A stretch of 64,000 bases of DNA from assembly GCA_963761975.1 (NCBI GenBank), contig CAVXIR010000004.1, positions 2,001,877 through 2,065,876 on the forward strand, written 5' to 3'. The stretch is from Vicinamibacterales bacterium (GTDB taxonomy: Bacteria; Acidobacteriota; Vicinamibacteria; Vicinamibacterales; JAMQPK01). Shown piece after piece: positions 30,065-38,380 of this stretch (positions are counted from its first letter, which is position 1; every line of letters starts with the position of its first letter). The translations under genes were made by a program, and so were the position numbers. Below the pieces are notes generated by a model. That model saw nothing but the letters and a program-made list of their open reading frames with translations. It did no database searches and was not told where the DNA came from.

Positions 30065-31059
30065 CATGGTGGCGGCTCGCTTTGTCGTGCGACATACCCA
30101 CTCCTGGCTCGCACTTTCAATCGGTTGTCTTTGAGCTTGATCGATATGGGATGGAACTTGCCGTCGGCCGACACCGCTTCGAAGGCGAGGAGATATTGCG
30201 ATTGGAGATCGTCGCAGATGCGCGCAATCGCCGCGGAGATTGCTGATGGTTCGCGGAGTGGCTCGACGTAGCCGCCCGAGTCGAGCGTCAGCCGTTCGAG
30301 CGTCGCAACATCGACCGGCACGCCTTTGCGAGTGCCAATGCCGATGGCATACAGCGCGGCTTCGGATTCGCGTATCGCGCTTCTTGCGGCGACGATCGCC
30401 GCCTCTCGCTGCGGATTGACTGCGATGGACGAACCGAGGTTGCCGAACGTCTCCGATTTGGTCGGTGGCCGTGCAATCGCTAAACTGCTGACGCTGGTGT
30501 CCTGACCATCCGAAATCAGCAGCAGCACCTTCGGCGGATAGCGCGCCAACTGAAACGCAGGTGCGATCAATCGCAGGGCGTTGAAGAGCGCTGTCCGCCC
30601 GCCAGGCCGCAGGGCGTCAAATGCGCGTACGATTCGGCTGTGCTCCGACGTCCACGGCAAGGCGACTCCGACCTTCTCGGCGAACGCGCCGAAAAAAACA
30701 TCGTCGCGGGCATCGAGTTTGGTGACAAGCAATTCGAGCGCTCGGCGCGTGTCCGCCCACCGCGCGTCGTCTGCGGCTCGTGCGTTCGGATCCTGCGTCA
30801 TGCTGCCGCTGATGTCGAGCAGGATGCCGAGGCTGACGGGAACGCGGGCGGCGCTGAACTGCACGATGGCGCGGCGCGACCCGCGGTCTGAAACTTCGAA
30901 CTGGTCTGCCGTAAGGCCGCGAACGAATCGACCGGAGCGATCGGTCACCGTCACGGGCACGACGACGACGTCTGTGTTTGCGCGAAACACCGGCAGGTCT
31001 TGCGCCGCGATGGGCACAACCCAGGTCAGCAGGAATGCAGTCGCCAATCGAGTCCGCAC
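30064..31059 (-). CDS. VWA domain protein (Acidobacteria VWFA type)
   Basis: VPVTVTDRSGRFVRGL, MIDAS DISGS, GRTALFNA, ISDGQD, QYLLAF, ARSGY. Confidence 0.9.
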   Translation of the reverse strand: MRTRLATAFLLTWVVPIAAQDLPVFRANTDVVVVPVTVTDRSGRFVRGLTADQFEVSDRGSRRAIVQFSAARVPVSLGILLDISGSMTQDPNARAADDARWADTRRALELLVTKLDARDDVFFGAFAEKVGVALPWTSEHSRIVRAFDALRPGGRTALFNALRLIAPAFQLARYPPKVLLLISDGQDTSVSSLAIARPPTKSETFGNLGSSIAVNPQREAAIVAARSAIRESEAALYAIGIGTRKGVPVDVATLERLTLDSGGYVEPLREPSAISAAIARICDDLQSQYLLAFEAVSADGKFHPISIKLKDNRLKVRARSGYVARQSEPPP

Positions 31060-31072
31060 TTTTGTCCTGTTG

Positions 31073-32722
31073 CTACGGCTTCGGCAACTTGTCCAGTGGA
31101 AAGTCAAGCGAGCCGAGCTTGTCAGACGATCTGTCACGGACGATGACGCGCACGGACGTCGTTTGCGGGTTCAACGCGAATGTGACCGAGAGCGGTGCAC
31201 CCGGTGGCGCGACACCAGTTGGCAAGTGCGCCGAGGCTGATTGCACGCGGACGTTTGTCGGCCCTGCTGCGGTTTTCTCTACGAGAGCAATCTCGAGGTC
31301 TGCCGTGCGTCCGTCATCGGCCGGCCGGAACTGCAAATCGTCGGTGGCCACATCGAGGACGAGCTTCAGAGTACCGGACTCCAGCGTCGGTCGTGCGTCG
31401 ATGCGCACCGCCGTAGAAATCAGCGGACGATACGCGATCTCGTTCCAACGCTCCTCGGACCAGACCGGCGTTTGATTCACAGCGGTCGACGCCGCCAGAT
31501 AGCCCTGACGGTGGCGAACGGTCACGCCAGGACGAGACACTCTCACAGCCAAGCGGTGCCAGCGATTGTCAGAGCTGCCGGTTGCATAGAAGCCAAGCGA
31601 ATAGGTGCCGCGCAGATCGTCCGCAGCCGATGTGATGCCTGCGGTCGAATCGTTGCTGTTTCTCGACACACGCCCGCCCGTAATTGAGGCCATCACCTCG
31701 TTCGTCCCCTGTGTTCGCCCGCGTGCCTGCGCAGACCCGAGATTTCCGAATGTCGTTGCCGAGCTGCTCTGGCCCGACCTCTGGCCTCTGGTCGCACCAA
31801 AGCTCTGATCGTCGAGTCCCAGGCTGGTGCCGCCAACGCCGCCGGCTTCTACCGGATAAACTGCGACGTTCTGCGTCGCAAGCTGCTGCGATGTGCCGCT
31901 CACCTGCTCAGTGTATGTGCCGTACGTATCCGTCAGCGCAAATCCATGCGAGACCCAGACGATGCTCTTGCGGCCAGGAATGCCGGCGAGATGCTGACCA
32001 ACCGCCTCGAGCGCCTGAAGCGTGAGACGCCGGCGCGTCTTCATGATCTGCTGATTGAGGTCGCCTTCCGCACGCGCCCGTGCCTGTGCCAAGCCGGCCA
32101 GCGACTCGGCATGCTCCGCGCTTGCCGCTTTCAGCATTCCCTGTATGTCGCGTGCAGATGTCGCAAGGGTCGTCTGGACCGCAGTGGCGCCCTTCTCGAG
32201 CCGAGCGCGCAGCGATTCTGTGTCCTGGGTGAAATCGTGAATCGCCAGCGCCTGCTCACTGATGACATAGAGACCGACGTGTGCGTCCGGAGGCAGTTGT
32301 TTCAGGTTGTGGAGTAGATGAGTTTGCAGCTCCGCCTGCTGCTGAATAGAGGTGTTGATGAGATCGAGCACGACCGCAACGAGGTTTCGCGGCGCTCGCG
32401 GCGCATATTCAGTGCGGTTGGTGAAGGTTCCTGCCGGGAGTGGGATAGGTTGACCAGTCGTATGACCGCCGGTAGACAGCGTGGCGGAGCCTTCGAATTG
32501 GAAGAAGGCTATATCTCGATCCTGATCGTCCTCGAGAATCGCAATCTCGTCTCGACGCAGGTCGGTGACAGGGTTGCCTCTGCGATCGACCGCGACGATG
32601 GTGAAGTCGACAAGCGTCGTGCCCGCACGGAACGTCGCGGTCGTTTGACTCGATTGTTGAGCGTTCCCGACCGTCGCGCTAGCAAAGAGCACCCCGACGA
32701 TGGCGATGGCGACACAGCGCAT
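31073..32722 (-). CDS. VWA domain protein (Acidobacteria VWFA type, long)
   Basis: FRAGTTLVDF, PGRKSIVWVSHGF, TGGR, YSLGFY, RHRQGY. Confidence 0.88.
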   Translation of the reverse strand: MRCVAIAIVGVLFASATVGNAQQSSQTTATFRAGTTLVDFTIVAVDRRGNPVTDLRRDEIAILEDDQDRDIAFFQFEGSATLSTGGHTTGQPIPLPAGTFTNRTEYAPRAPRNLVAVVLDLINTSIQQQAELQTHLLHNLKQLPPDAHVGLYVISEQALAIHDFTQDTESLRARLEKGATAVQTTLATSARDIQGMLKAASAEHAESLAGLAQARARAEGDLNQQIMKTRRRLTLQALEAVGQHLAGIPGRKSIVWVSHGFALTDTYGTYTEQVSGTSQQLATQNVAVYPVEAGGVGGTSLGLDDQSFGATRGQRSGQSSSATTFGNLGSAQARGRTQGTNEVMASITGGRVSRNSNDSTAGITSAADDLRGTYSLGFYATGSSDNRWHRLAVRVSRPGVTVRHRQGYLAASTAVNQTPVWSEERWNEIAYRPLISTAVRIDARPTLESGTLKLVLDVATDDLQFRPADDGRTADLEIALVEKTAAGPTNVRVQSASAHLPTGVAPPGAPLSVTFALNPQTTSVRVIVRDRSSDKLGSLDFPLDKLPKP

Positions 32723-32842
32723 TGAACGCTCTGGGACAGTTGTGGCGTTGGCGCTCTACAGGATAGCACCGCGATGCGCCAAAGTTGTATGTCTTCCGGC
32801 GACCTGCGCGTGGCGCGGTGCGAGATCGGCAATCCGCGGTGC

Positions 32843-32863
32843 GACTCGCTCCAGGAACGAGTC
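32843..32863. repeat. Palindrome at the 3' end of the HNH gene
   Basis: gactcgctcc a ggaacgagtc, one mismatch. Confidence 0.75.
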
Positions 32864-32868
32864 ATCAA

Positions 32869-33918
32869 TCACCCGGCAAACAGTGAGCGACTTTCTCGCG
32901 CTGTGGGCGGCCGCACAACGCCGGACCACTGCTCCGCCTCGTGCTGGTTGTGACTGCGGCACCGTAGTTCGAGATTGTTCGCGGTCGTTGCGCCGCCATC
33001 CGCGTAAGGCACGATGTGATGGAACTCCAGAAACCCCGTTTCGGCACACCTTCCTCGTTCTCCCTGAAACGCACACCGACCGCCGTCGCGCCGCCACACT
33101 TCACGCTTGACCGCAGCACCAATATGCCGCGATGCGGGATTTGTGGTGCGCGGACTTCGTGGACGGCTCGTCATACACAACTTGGTTCGCTCGAGATTGG
33201 CCACCCATAGATCGAGTGCCCGTTCCAAAATTGTCGCGGGATCGCCATTCGGCACGACGTGCCGCAGCAGATCCTGGGCTCGCCGGAGCTTGTCATATGT
33301 GTCCTGACTTACCGTGATCTGGATTTTGTATCGTTGGGGTGCCAGGGGTTTTACCTCCGCCCGCGGAGGAGCCGCCGGTGAAGGTGACGAACGCTCGATC
33401 GGTAACCCCTCGTCAGTATTCGGATGCTGTTGCGGCGTTGACGATACGCGCTGTGCCGACACTGCTGTTGTCGGCAGCTTGCGCACGACTGACGGCGCGT
33501 CCGCAGCCGGCGTGAGCGTCGCGATAAGGACCTCCACCTCGCGTTTGCTCTTGTAATCCGCGCGCTCGAGCAGCTCACGATGATTGGCGTCGGTCAGATG
33601 CGGCGCAAGCAGGCGAACAGCGGTGAGCGTAGCCGCACCCGACTCGACCAGATCGAGGATTGCCGGGAATCGACGCACGGCACGTGCCGTTTCAATGCGG
33701 TTGTATGCCGCGTGCTCGGACAGGTGCAGCGCCTGCGTGCAGTACGTGAAGAGCGATGAGAAGCCTTCACCGAGATACAGTCGCCGTGTATCGAGCTCCA
33801 CCAATAGCGCGATCAGGTTTGCCGTTGCGTGCCGTTCCGCCTGAACGGCGCAGTGAACACGTGCCAAGATGTCGTGATCCGACAGTTGGCTGACGGCAGA
33901 GGAAATATTTATCGCCAT
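32869..33918 (-). CDS. HNH endonuclease with DUF222-like N-terminal helical region
   Basis: RDGGRCAF..RC..LEFHHIVPYADGG..NNLELRCRSHNQHEA; N-terminal YLGEGFSSLFTYC..AYNRI. Confidence 0.9.
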   Translation of the reverse strand: MAINISSAVSQLSDHDILARVHCAVQAERHATANLIALLVELDTRRLYLGEGFSSLFTYCTQALHLSEHAAYNRIETARAVRRFPAILDLVESGAATLTAVRLLAPHLTDANHRELLERADYKSKREVEVLIATLTPAADAPSVVRKLPTTAVSAQRVSSTPQQHPNTDEGLPIERSSPSPAAPPRAEVKPLAPQRYKIQITVSQDTYDKLRRAQDLLRHVVPNGDPATILERALDLWVANLERTKLCMTSRPRSPRTTNPASRHIGAAVKREVWRRDGGRCAFQGERGRCAETGFLEFHHIVPYADGGATTANNLELRCRSHNQHEAEQWSGVVRPPTARESRSLFAG

Positions 33919-34135
33919 GCTCTCTGTATAACATCGTCATTTCTCGACGTCAGAGTTGACTTGCGCGAGGCGATCGCGACCGCGTGATGGTGAATCGACG
34001 TGCCCGTGACGATCGCATCGCTGAGAGGCCGGTAACACGTCCGCGCTGCCCTTTAACACGCGAGCAGCGCATGCGACTGGGTGTTACTGAAAAGTACTGT
34101 CAAGAGTTTTTTGAAAAATCGCGTGTGCAGACGAA

Positions 34136-34151
34136 CTCGTTCCAGAACGAG
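34136..34151. repeat. Palindrome upstream of the HNH gene, matching 32843
   Basis: ctcgttc ca gaacgag. Confidence 0.75.
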
Positions 34152-34212
34152 CGCGACCAACGCCGGGCGGCGCTCAATGAGCGGACCCGAACGTACGGAC
34201 GACCCGAAGAGA

Positions 34213-36636
34213 CTATTTCCTCGAAACCATGTGCTGATACGACTCGGGCATCTTCCCGGCGCGAATGTTGGCGGCCTCCTTCAACAGGCGCTCGCGCTCG
34301 GCTGGACGAAGCGCGGCCGAGCGCTCGAGGAACTCAACGACGGTCTCGCGCTCACCGGCCTTAAGCAGGCCGTTGACGAGACGCCCATCGAGGCCGAATG
34401 AATAGCCCTCGAGGCCTCGCGACGGGGGAACCTTGACAGCGTCGAGCATGTAGCTGACGGCAACTGTTCGGTCGCCTTCGCGAAGCGCATGCGTTGCAAG
34501 AGCGACCCTCGCGTGATACATGGCCCATCCGTAGTCGGGATCGCCGTGAAACTTCGGCGCAAGGTCGAGCGCGTCCTGCGCATATTTCTTCGAGCGCGTG
34601 AACAACACTTCCCCTGACGGCCGATCCTTGTTCCAGTAGAGCGATTCGCCACGCATGTAAGCCATCTCGGCGAGCTCCGGCAGCAGGATGAACCGCTCAG
34701 TCTCGCTCAGCTCAGAGACCGCCCGCGGCTCGGCGTCTCGCAGCTTGGCGCTCTCCTCCTCCGACAGCCGTTCCTGCGCGATTATTTTTGCGGTGATCGC
34801 CCCTCCCGCCAGCGTCGCTGCGCGGCGCCGCAACTTCTCAGTCAACCAGCGGCTCCGCTCCTGATTGTCCATGGTGACGAGCGATGTGCGGGCGTTTGGA
34901 TGCTGCGGATCCAATTGATTCGCACGCTCGAGCAGTTGCTTTCCAAGCCGGCGCCGATCCTCGTCGCGATAGGTGAGCGCCAGCCGTCGACCAGCAGCGG
35001 CCAGCAGCACCGCATCGTCCGATTCTGCAAGTCGGCGGCGAACGTCGCGACTGTAGGGATCGGAACCCATGCGACTCAACGGCGAGCCGTCTCGTGGATC
35101 AGTCGGACCCAGGATGACATGGGCGTAAAACCATCCGAGCTGCGACGCCAGCGCACGCTGGCGCGCAGGTGCTGTGGCCATGGCCTTCGCACGAAGCAGC
35201 ATCTGCTCCGCCAACGGCTGATCGCTTCGCTCAAAGAAGTACGCCGCATTCAGCAAAGCGCGTTCATTGACGTCCGGCTTCGCGACCTGGATAAGCCAGC
35301 GCTGCTTCGCCTGCGCATAGGTGACGGGATCCGCGTCCGCAGATACCTGCCACATCGCGAGGTTGTGTTCGGGATGATGCTCGATCACCCATAACAGATG
35401 CGGCCGCCGCCGCGCGATCATCTCGTTCCAACCCAATACTTTCTGTCCGCTCCACTGATAGAAGATCTGTAACTTCCTCAGCGCGTCGAAATCCTCAGGT
35501 GTACGTTTGAGCGACGCTTCAAGCGCGTCCACCTCGGCGGCGCTCAGATTCTTCGCATTCTCATAGAAGGCCTGGCCCACTTTCTGTCTCTCGAGCTCGG
35601 CAGCCACTTCGGCGTCGGGTTGTAGTAGAGGCACCGTGCGCTGCTGACGGCAGGCGACCACGATCACAATCGCGGCAGCGCACGACGCAAACAGCACGGC
35701 CTTGCGCGCGCGCGAAATATCTCCGCCACCGTCTCCTTGCAGAACCCGATCGATGCGTCGGCCGATGAGCCCTGTGCCGCGCGCCCCAACGCCTTGCCAG
35801 GTCACGCGCCCGCCGTGGAGCCGCACCGCGTCGGCGATGTCGAGCAGCACTTCCGCGTAACGTGGGCGATCACCAATTGCCCGGACTGCGGCTTCGTCGG
35901 CCGCTTCCTCGGCCGAAGCGGCAAGCGTCCGTTCGAGCCACCACGCCAGCGGGTGAAACCAGAACACACAACAATTCAAATGCGCGACGAATGCGACAAA
36001 GGGATCGCGCCTGCGAATGTGCGCCAGCTCGTGCGCAAGGCAGGCACGAAACTTCTCTGCCGGCCACGCCCGAGAGCCCAGCGGCAGGATGATCATCGGT
36101 GCGAGCACGCCAACGGTCAGCGGCGTTGCGAGCAACGAGGACTCCCGCACCGGCGTCTCGCAGTCGCACGCAACAGGAGAGGCTCTGCGGACGAGCCGTG
36201 CAGCCGCGTACCAGCCAGCGAAGAATCGCAGCAGCAGCAAAACTGCCCCGGCTGCATAGGCTGCACGGGCGAACGCTCCGATCGACCAGGACGCCGGCAC
36301 CCGTGAGACAGGTCGACGAGAGTCGGAAGCCTCAACTGTTGCGTCGATCACCCTTACCAAAGCCGGATTGTGAGTCATTGCCACGGTTGCATTGCGATGG
36401 GGCGGCAACTGCGGCAAGGCGGATGTGGACCTCAAGACACTCACGGCTTGGTCCGGCACTCGCAGGTAAAAGGACGGCACGATCGACGGGAGGACCGGCA
36501 TGAGGAGCATTGCCGCGAGGACGAGCGTCCACGCCGCATGACGTGCGCCGCTCGCGCGAACCTGCAGGATGGCGAGGATGAGCGCGACAATCGCCGCGAC
36601 GACCGTTATCCGTAGGGAAGCCTCGAGCAGAATCAT
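34213..36636 (-). CDS. M56 (BlaR1-type) peptidase with helical-repeat C-terminus
   Basis: LAHELAHIRRRD, FWFHPLAWW, EEAADEAA. Confidence 0.9.
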   Translation of the reverse strand: MILLEASLRITVVAAIVALILAILQVRASGARHAAWTLVLAAMLLMPVLPSIVPSFYLRVPDQAVSVLRSTSALPQLPPHRNATVAMTHNPALVRVIDATVEASDSRRPVSRVPASWSIGAFARAAYAAGAVLLLLRFFAGWYAAARLVRRASPVACDCETPVRESSLLATPLTVGVLAPMIILPLGSRAWPAEKFRACLAHELAHIRRRDPFVAFVAHLNCCVFWFHPLAWWLERTLAASAEEAADEAAVRAIGDRPRYAEVLLDIADAVRLHGGRVTWQGVGARGTGLIGRRIDRVLQGDGGGDISRARKAVLFASCAAAIVIVVACRQQRTVPLLQPDAEVAAELERQKVGQAFYENAKNLSAAEVDALEASLKRTPEDFDALRKLQIFYQWSGQKVLGWNEMIARRRPHLLWVIEHHPEHNLAMWQVSADADPVTYAQAKQRWLIQVAKPDVNERALLNAAYFFERSDQPLAEQMLLRAKAMATAPARQRALASQLGWFYAHVILGPTDPRDGSPLSRMGSDPYSRDVRRRLAESDDAVLLAAAGRRLALTYRDEDRRRLGKQLLERANQLDPQHPNARTSLVTMDNQERSRWLTEKLRRRAATLAGGAITAKIIAQERLSEEESAKLRDAEPRAVSELSETERFILLPELAEMAYMRGESLYWNKDRPSGEVLFTRSKKYAQDALDLAPKFHGDPDYGWAMYHARVALATHALREGDRTVAVSYMLDAVKVPPSRGLEGYSFGLDGRLVNGLLKAGERETVVEFLERSAALRPAERERLLKEAANIRAGKMPESYQHMVSRK

Positions 36637-37013
36637 GACTTCCTCACTTTCTTCGCAAGCCGTTCGATCGCGTCGGCGCTGAGCACCTTTTCATCGACCA
36701 TCCCGGCGAGGAATTGTTCGGCCGAGCCCGACCAGAACCGATCGATGATGTGGCGCACCGCCCTGGCGGCCACACTCGTGCGCCTTGCGGTCGTCCTGTA
36801 GACGAACACCTTGCCCTCGGTGCCGTGCGTCACGTAACCACGCTCTTCGAGACGTCGCAGCAACGTCCGCACGCTCGAGTCTTTCAGGGTGTGCCGAGGC
36901 GGAAGTCCCTGGCGCACCTGTTCCGACGTGGACGGTCCGTTGGACCAGAGGAAGTCGAGGATGGCCTGTTGCAACTCGGTCAGCGATCCTCGATGAATGT
37001 TACGCTTTGTCAC
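36633..37013 (-). CDS. BlaI/MecI/CopY family repressor
   Basis: LTELQQAILDFLW, SSVRTLLRRLEERGYV; ATGA coupling to the M56 gene. Confidence 0.92.
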   Translation of the reverse strand: MTKRNIHRGSLTELQQAILDFLWSNGPSTSEQVRQGLPPRHTLKDSSVRTLLRRLEERGYVTHGTEGKVFVYRTTARRTSVAARAVRHIIDRFWSGSAEQFLAGMVDEKVLSADAIERLAKKVRKS

Positions 37014-37030
37014 GTTACGATATGTAACAT
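36997..37030. promoter_or_regulatory. BlaI-type operator palindromes
   Basis: gttacgctttgtcac and gttacgatatgtaac (TAC-N5-GTA type) at the repressor start. Confidence 0.6.
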
Positions 37031-37138
37031 TTAGGGCCGCGAATTGCAACGCCTTTTCAAAGTTTTTCGGTTATGCCAGCAACGATTACAGACGTGACGC
37101 AGCTCGCCCTGGGCGGATACTATCCGGGGAGGTTGCTC

Positions 37139-38002
37139 GTGGCGAGATGGCACTCCGTGGCCGTGTGTGTCGTGTTCATTGCGCTCGTACCGGCATCCGT
37201 CACACTCCCGGCGCAGGTGGCGCAGCCAGGCGTCTGCCCTGTCACAGAACCTGTCAGGGCCGACGCGCCTCGTGATCCAAACGCGGATCCCGTGTCCGGT
37301 TACTGGCATATCAGCCCGGATCAATTGCTATGGGCGCCGGCATCGCCGCCGGGAAGGGCGCAGACCGGGGTCGGCCGTTACTGGGTCCGTCCACAAGGCA
37401 CACAACTCACATTCGTCGCGCGACGGCTGGACGTGACTGGATCCGAGGTCGTCTCGACAGAGCGCACCGGGTATCCGACTGGTTTTTACTTTGGGACCGT
37501 CGACATTCCAACCGACGGATGCTGGGAAATTACGGCCAGAGCCGGCCCGAGCCAGGTGACGTTCGTCGCCGAGATTCGATACCCGATCGAGAGGTTCGCC
37601 AGACAGCCGGCGACCCGCCTGGTCTGGTCAAAAGAGATCGGCCGAATCGAGGAAGGCGACATGCGGCTCGCGGTGATGGTGGTGGATATCGAGGATCCCG
37701 CGAGCGTGACTCGTCGAGCGCGCGGCATTCGAATCGATCTCACCAACGGACTGGTAAGCGATCAGCTGTGGGAAGAGGGTGCACGCCTTTCGGGCACACG
37801 CGGCGTCATCGAGAGCTGGGCAGCGGGGCGGCTGCCGATGGTCTACGGGCTCGGCCGTACACATAACGCCGTAGGCGATGCATCCGGTTTGACCCTGGTC
37901 GGCAAAGATCATCGGTACTCATTTCCCGGCAGCCATCGGCCGGCCGAGCTCGCGCGTCTCTTTCTTCAGGCGCTGGAAGAATTGAACGCGCAAGCGCCCT
38001 AG
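37139..38002 (+). CDS. Secreted hypothetical protein
   Basis: GGGAGG RBS then GTG; signal peptide; PTDGCWEITA. Confidence 0.6.
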   Translation: MARWHSVAVCVVFIALVPASVTLPAQVAQPGVCPVTEPVRADAPRDPNADPVSGYWHISPDQLLWAPASPPGRAQTGVGRYWVRPQGTQLTFVARRLDVTGSEVVSTERTGYPTGFYFGTVDIPTDGCWEITARAGPSQVTFVAEIRYPIERFARQPATRLVWSKEIGRIEEGDMRLAVMVVDIEDPASVTRRARGIRIDLTNGLVSDQLWEEGARLSGTRGVIESWAAGRLPMVYGLGRTHNAVGDASGLTLVGKDHRYSFPGSHRPAELARLFLQALEELNAQAP

Positions 38003-38110
38003 TCGGTTCCGGTTCCTGTTCCTGGTTCCGAGTTCGGGTGGGCGGCGGATCCAGTACGCCATCTTTTTTTGAAATGCGCGGCCCAATCGCGGTCCGGCTG
38101 AAGCTACGTT

Positions 38111-38155
38111 CTATCGGCGAACGTCTTTCAGCGGCATGTCGAGCACGCCGAAGCG
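38111..38155 (-). other. Displaced duplicate of the 3' end of VWA gene 41307..43010
   Basis: Encodes RFGVLDMPLKDVRR* vs RFGVLDMPLKDIRR*; 40/45 nt identical to 41307-41351. Confidence 0.85.
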
Positions 38156-38380
38156 GCGTCGTGCTGCGAAAATTCAGCGCCTGCGCAGTGCCGTTGCGTT
38201 ATTGCGCAAGTGTGTGAAGTTCCCGCCTGGCACTCCGACGACACAATCCGCCTACATTGTCATCACCGAAGGCAGGCGGTATAAAGTCGGCATCTGATCA
38301 CACAACTCCACCACGCGCCGTCTGCCCGTGACTGGCCGCGGCTTGCCGCAATCGGTCTCGGAGTCGCCATCGCCTACATC

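Noticed and set aside
34075..34103. Sigma70 promoter for the HNH gene from TTGACA at 34103-34098
   Set aside because: No acceptable -10 at 16-18 nt spacing.
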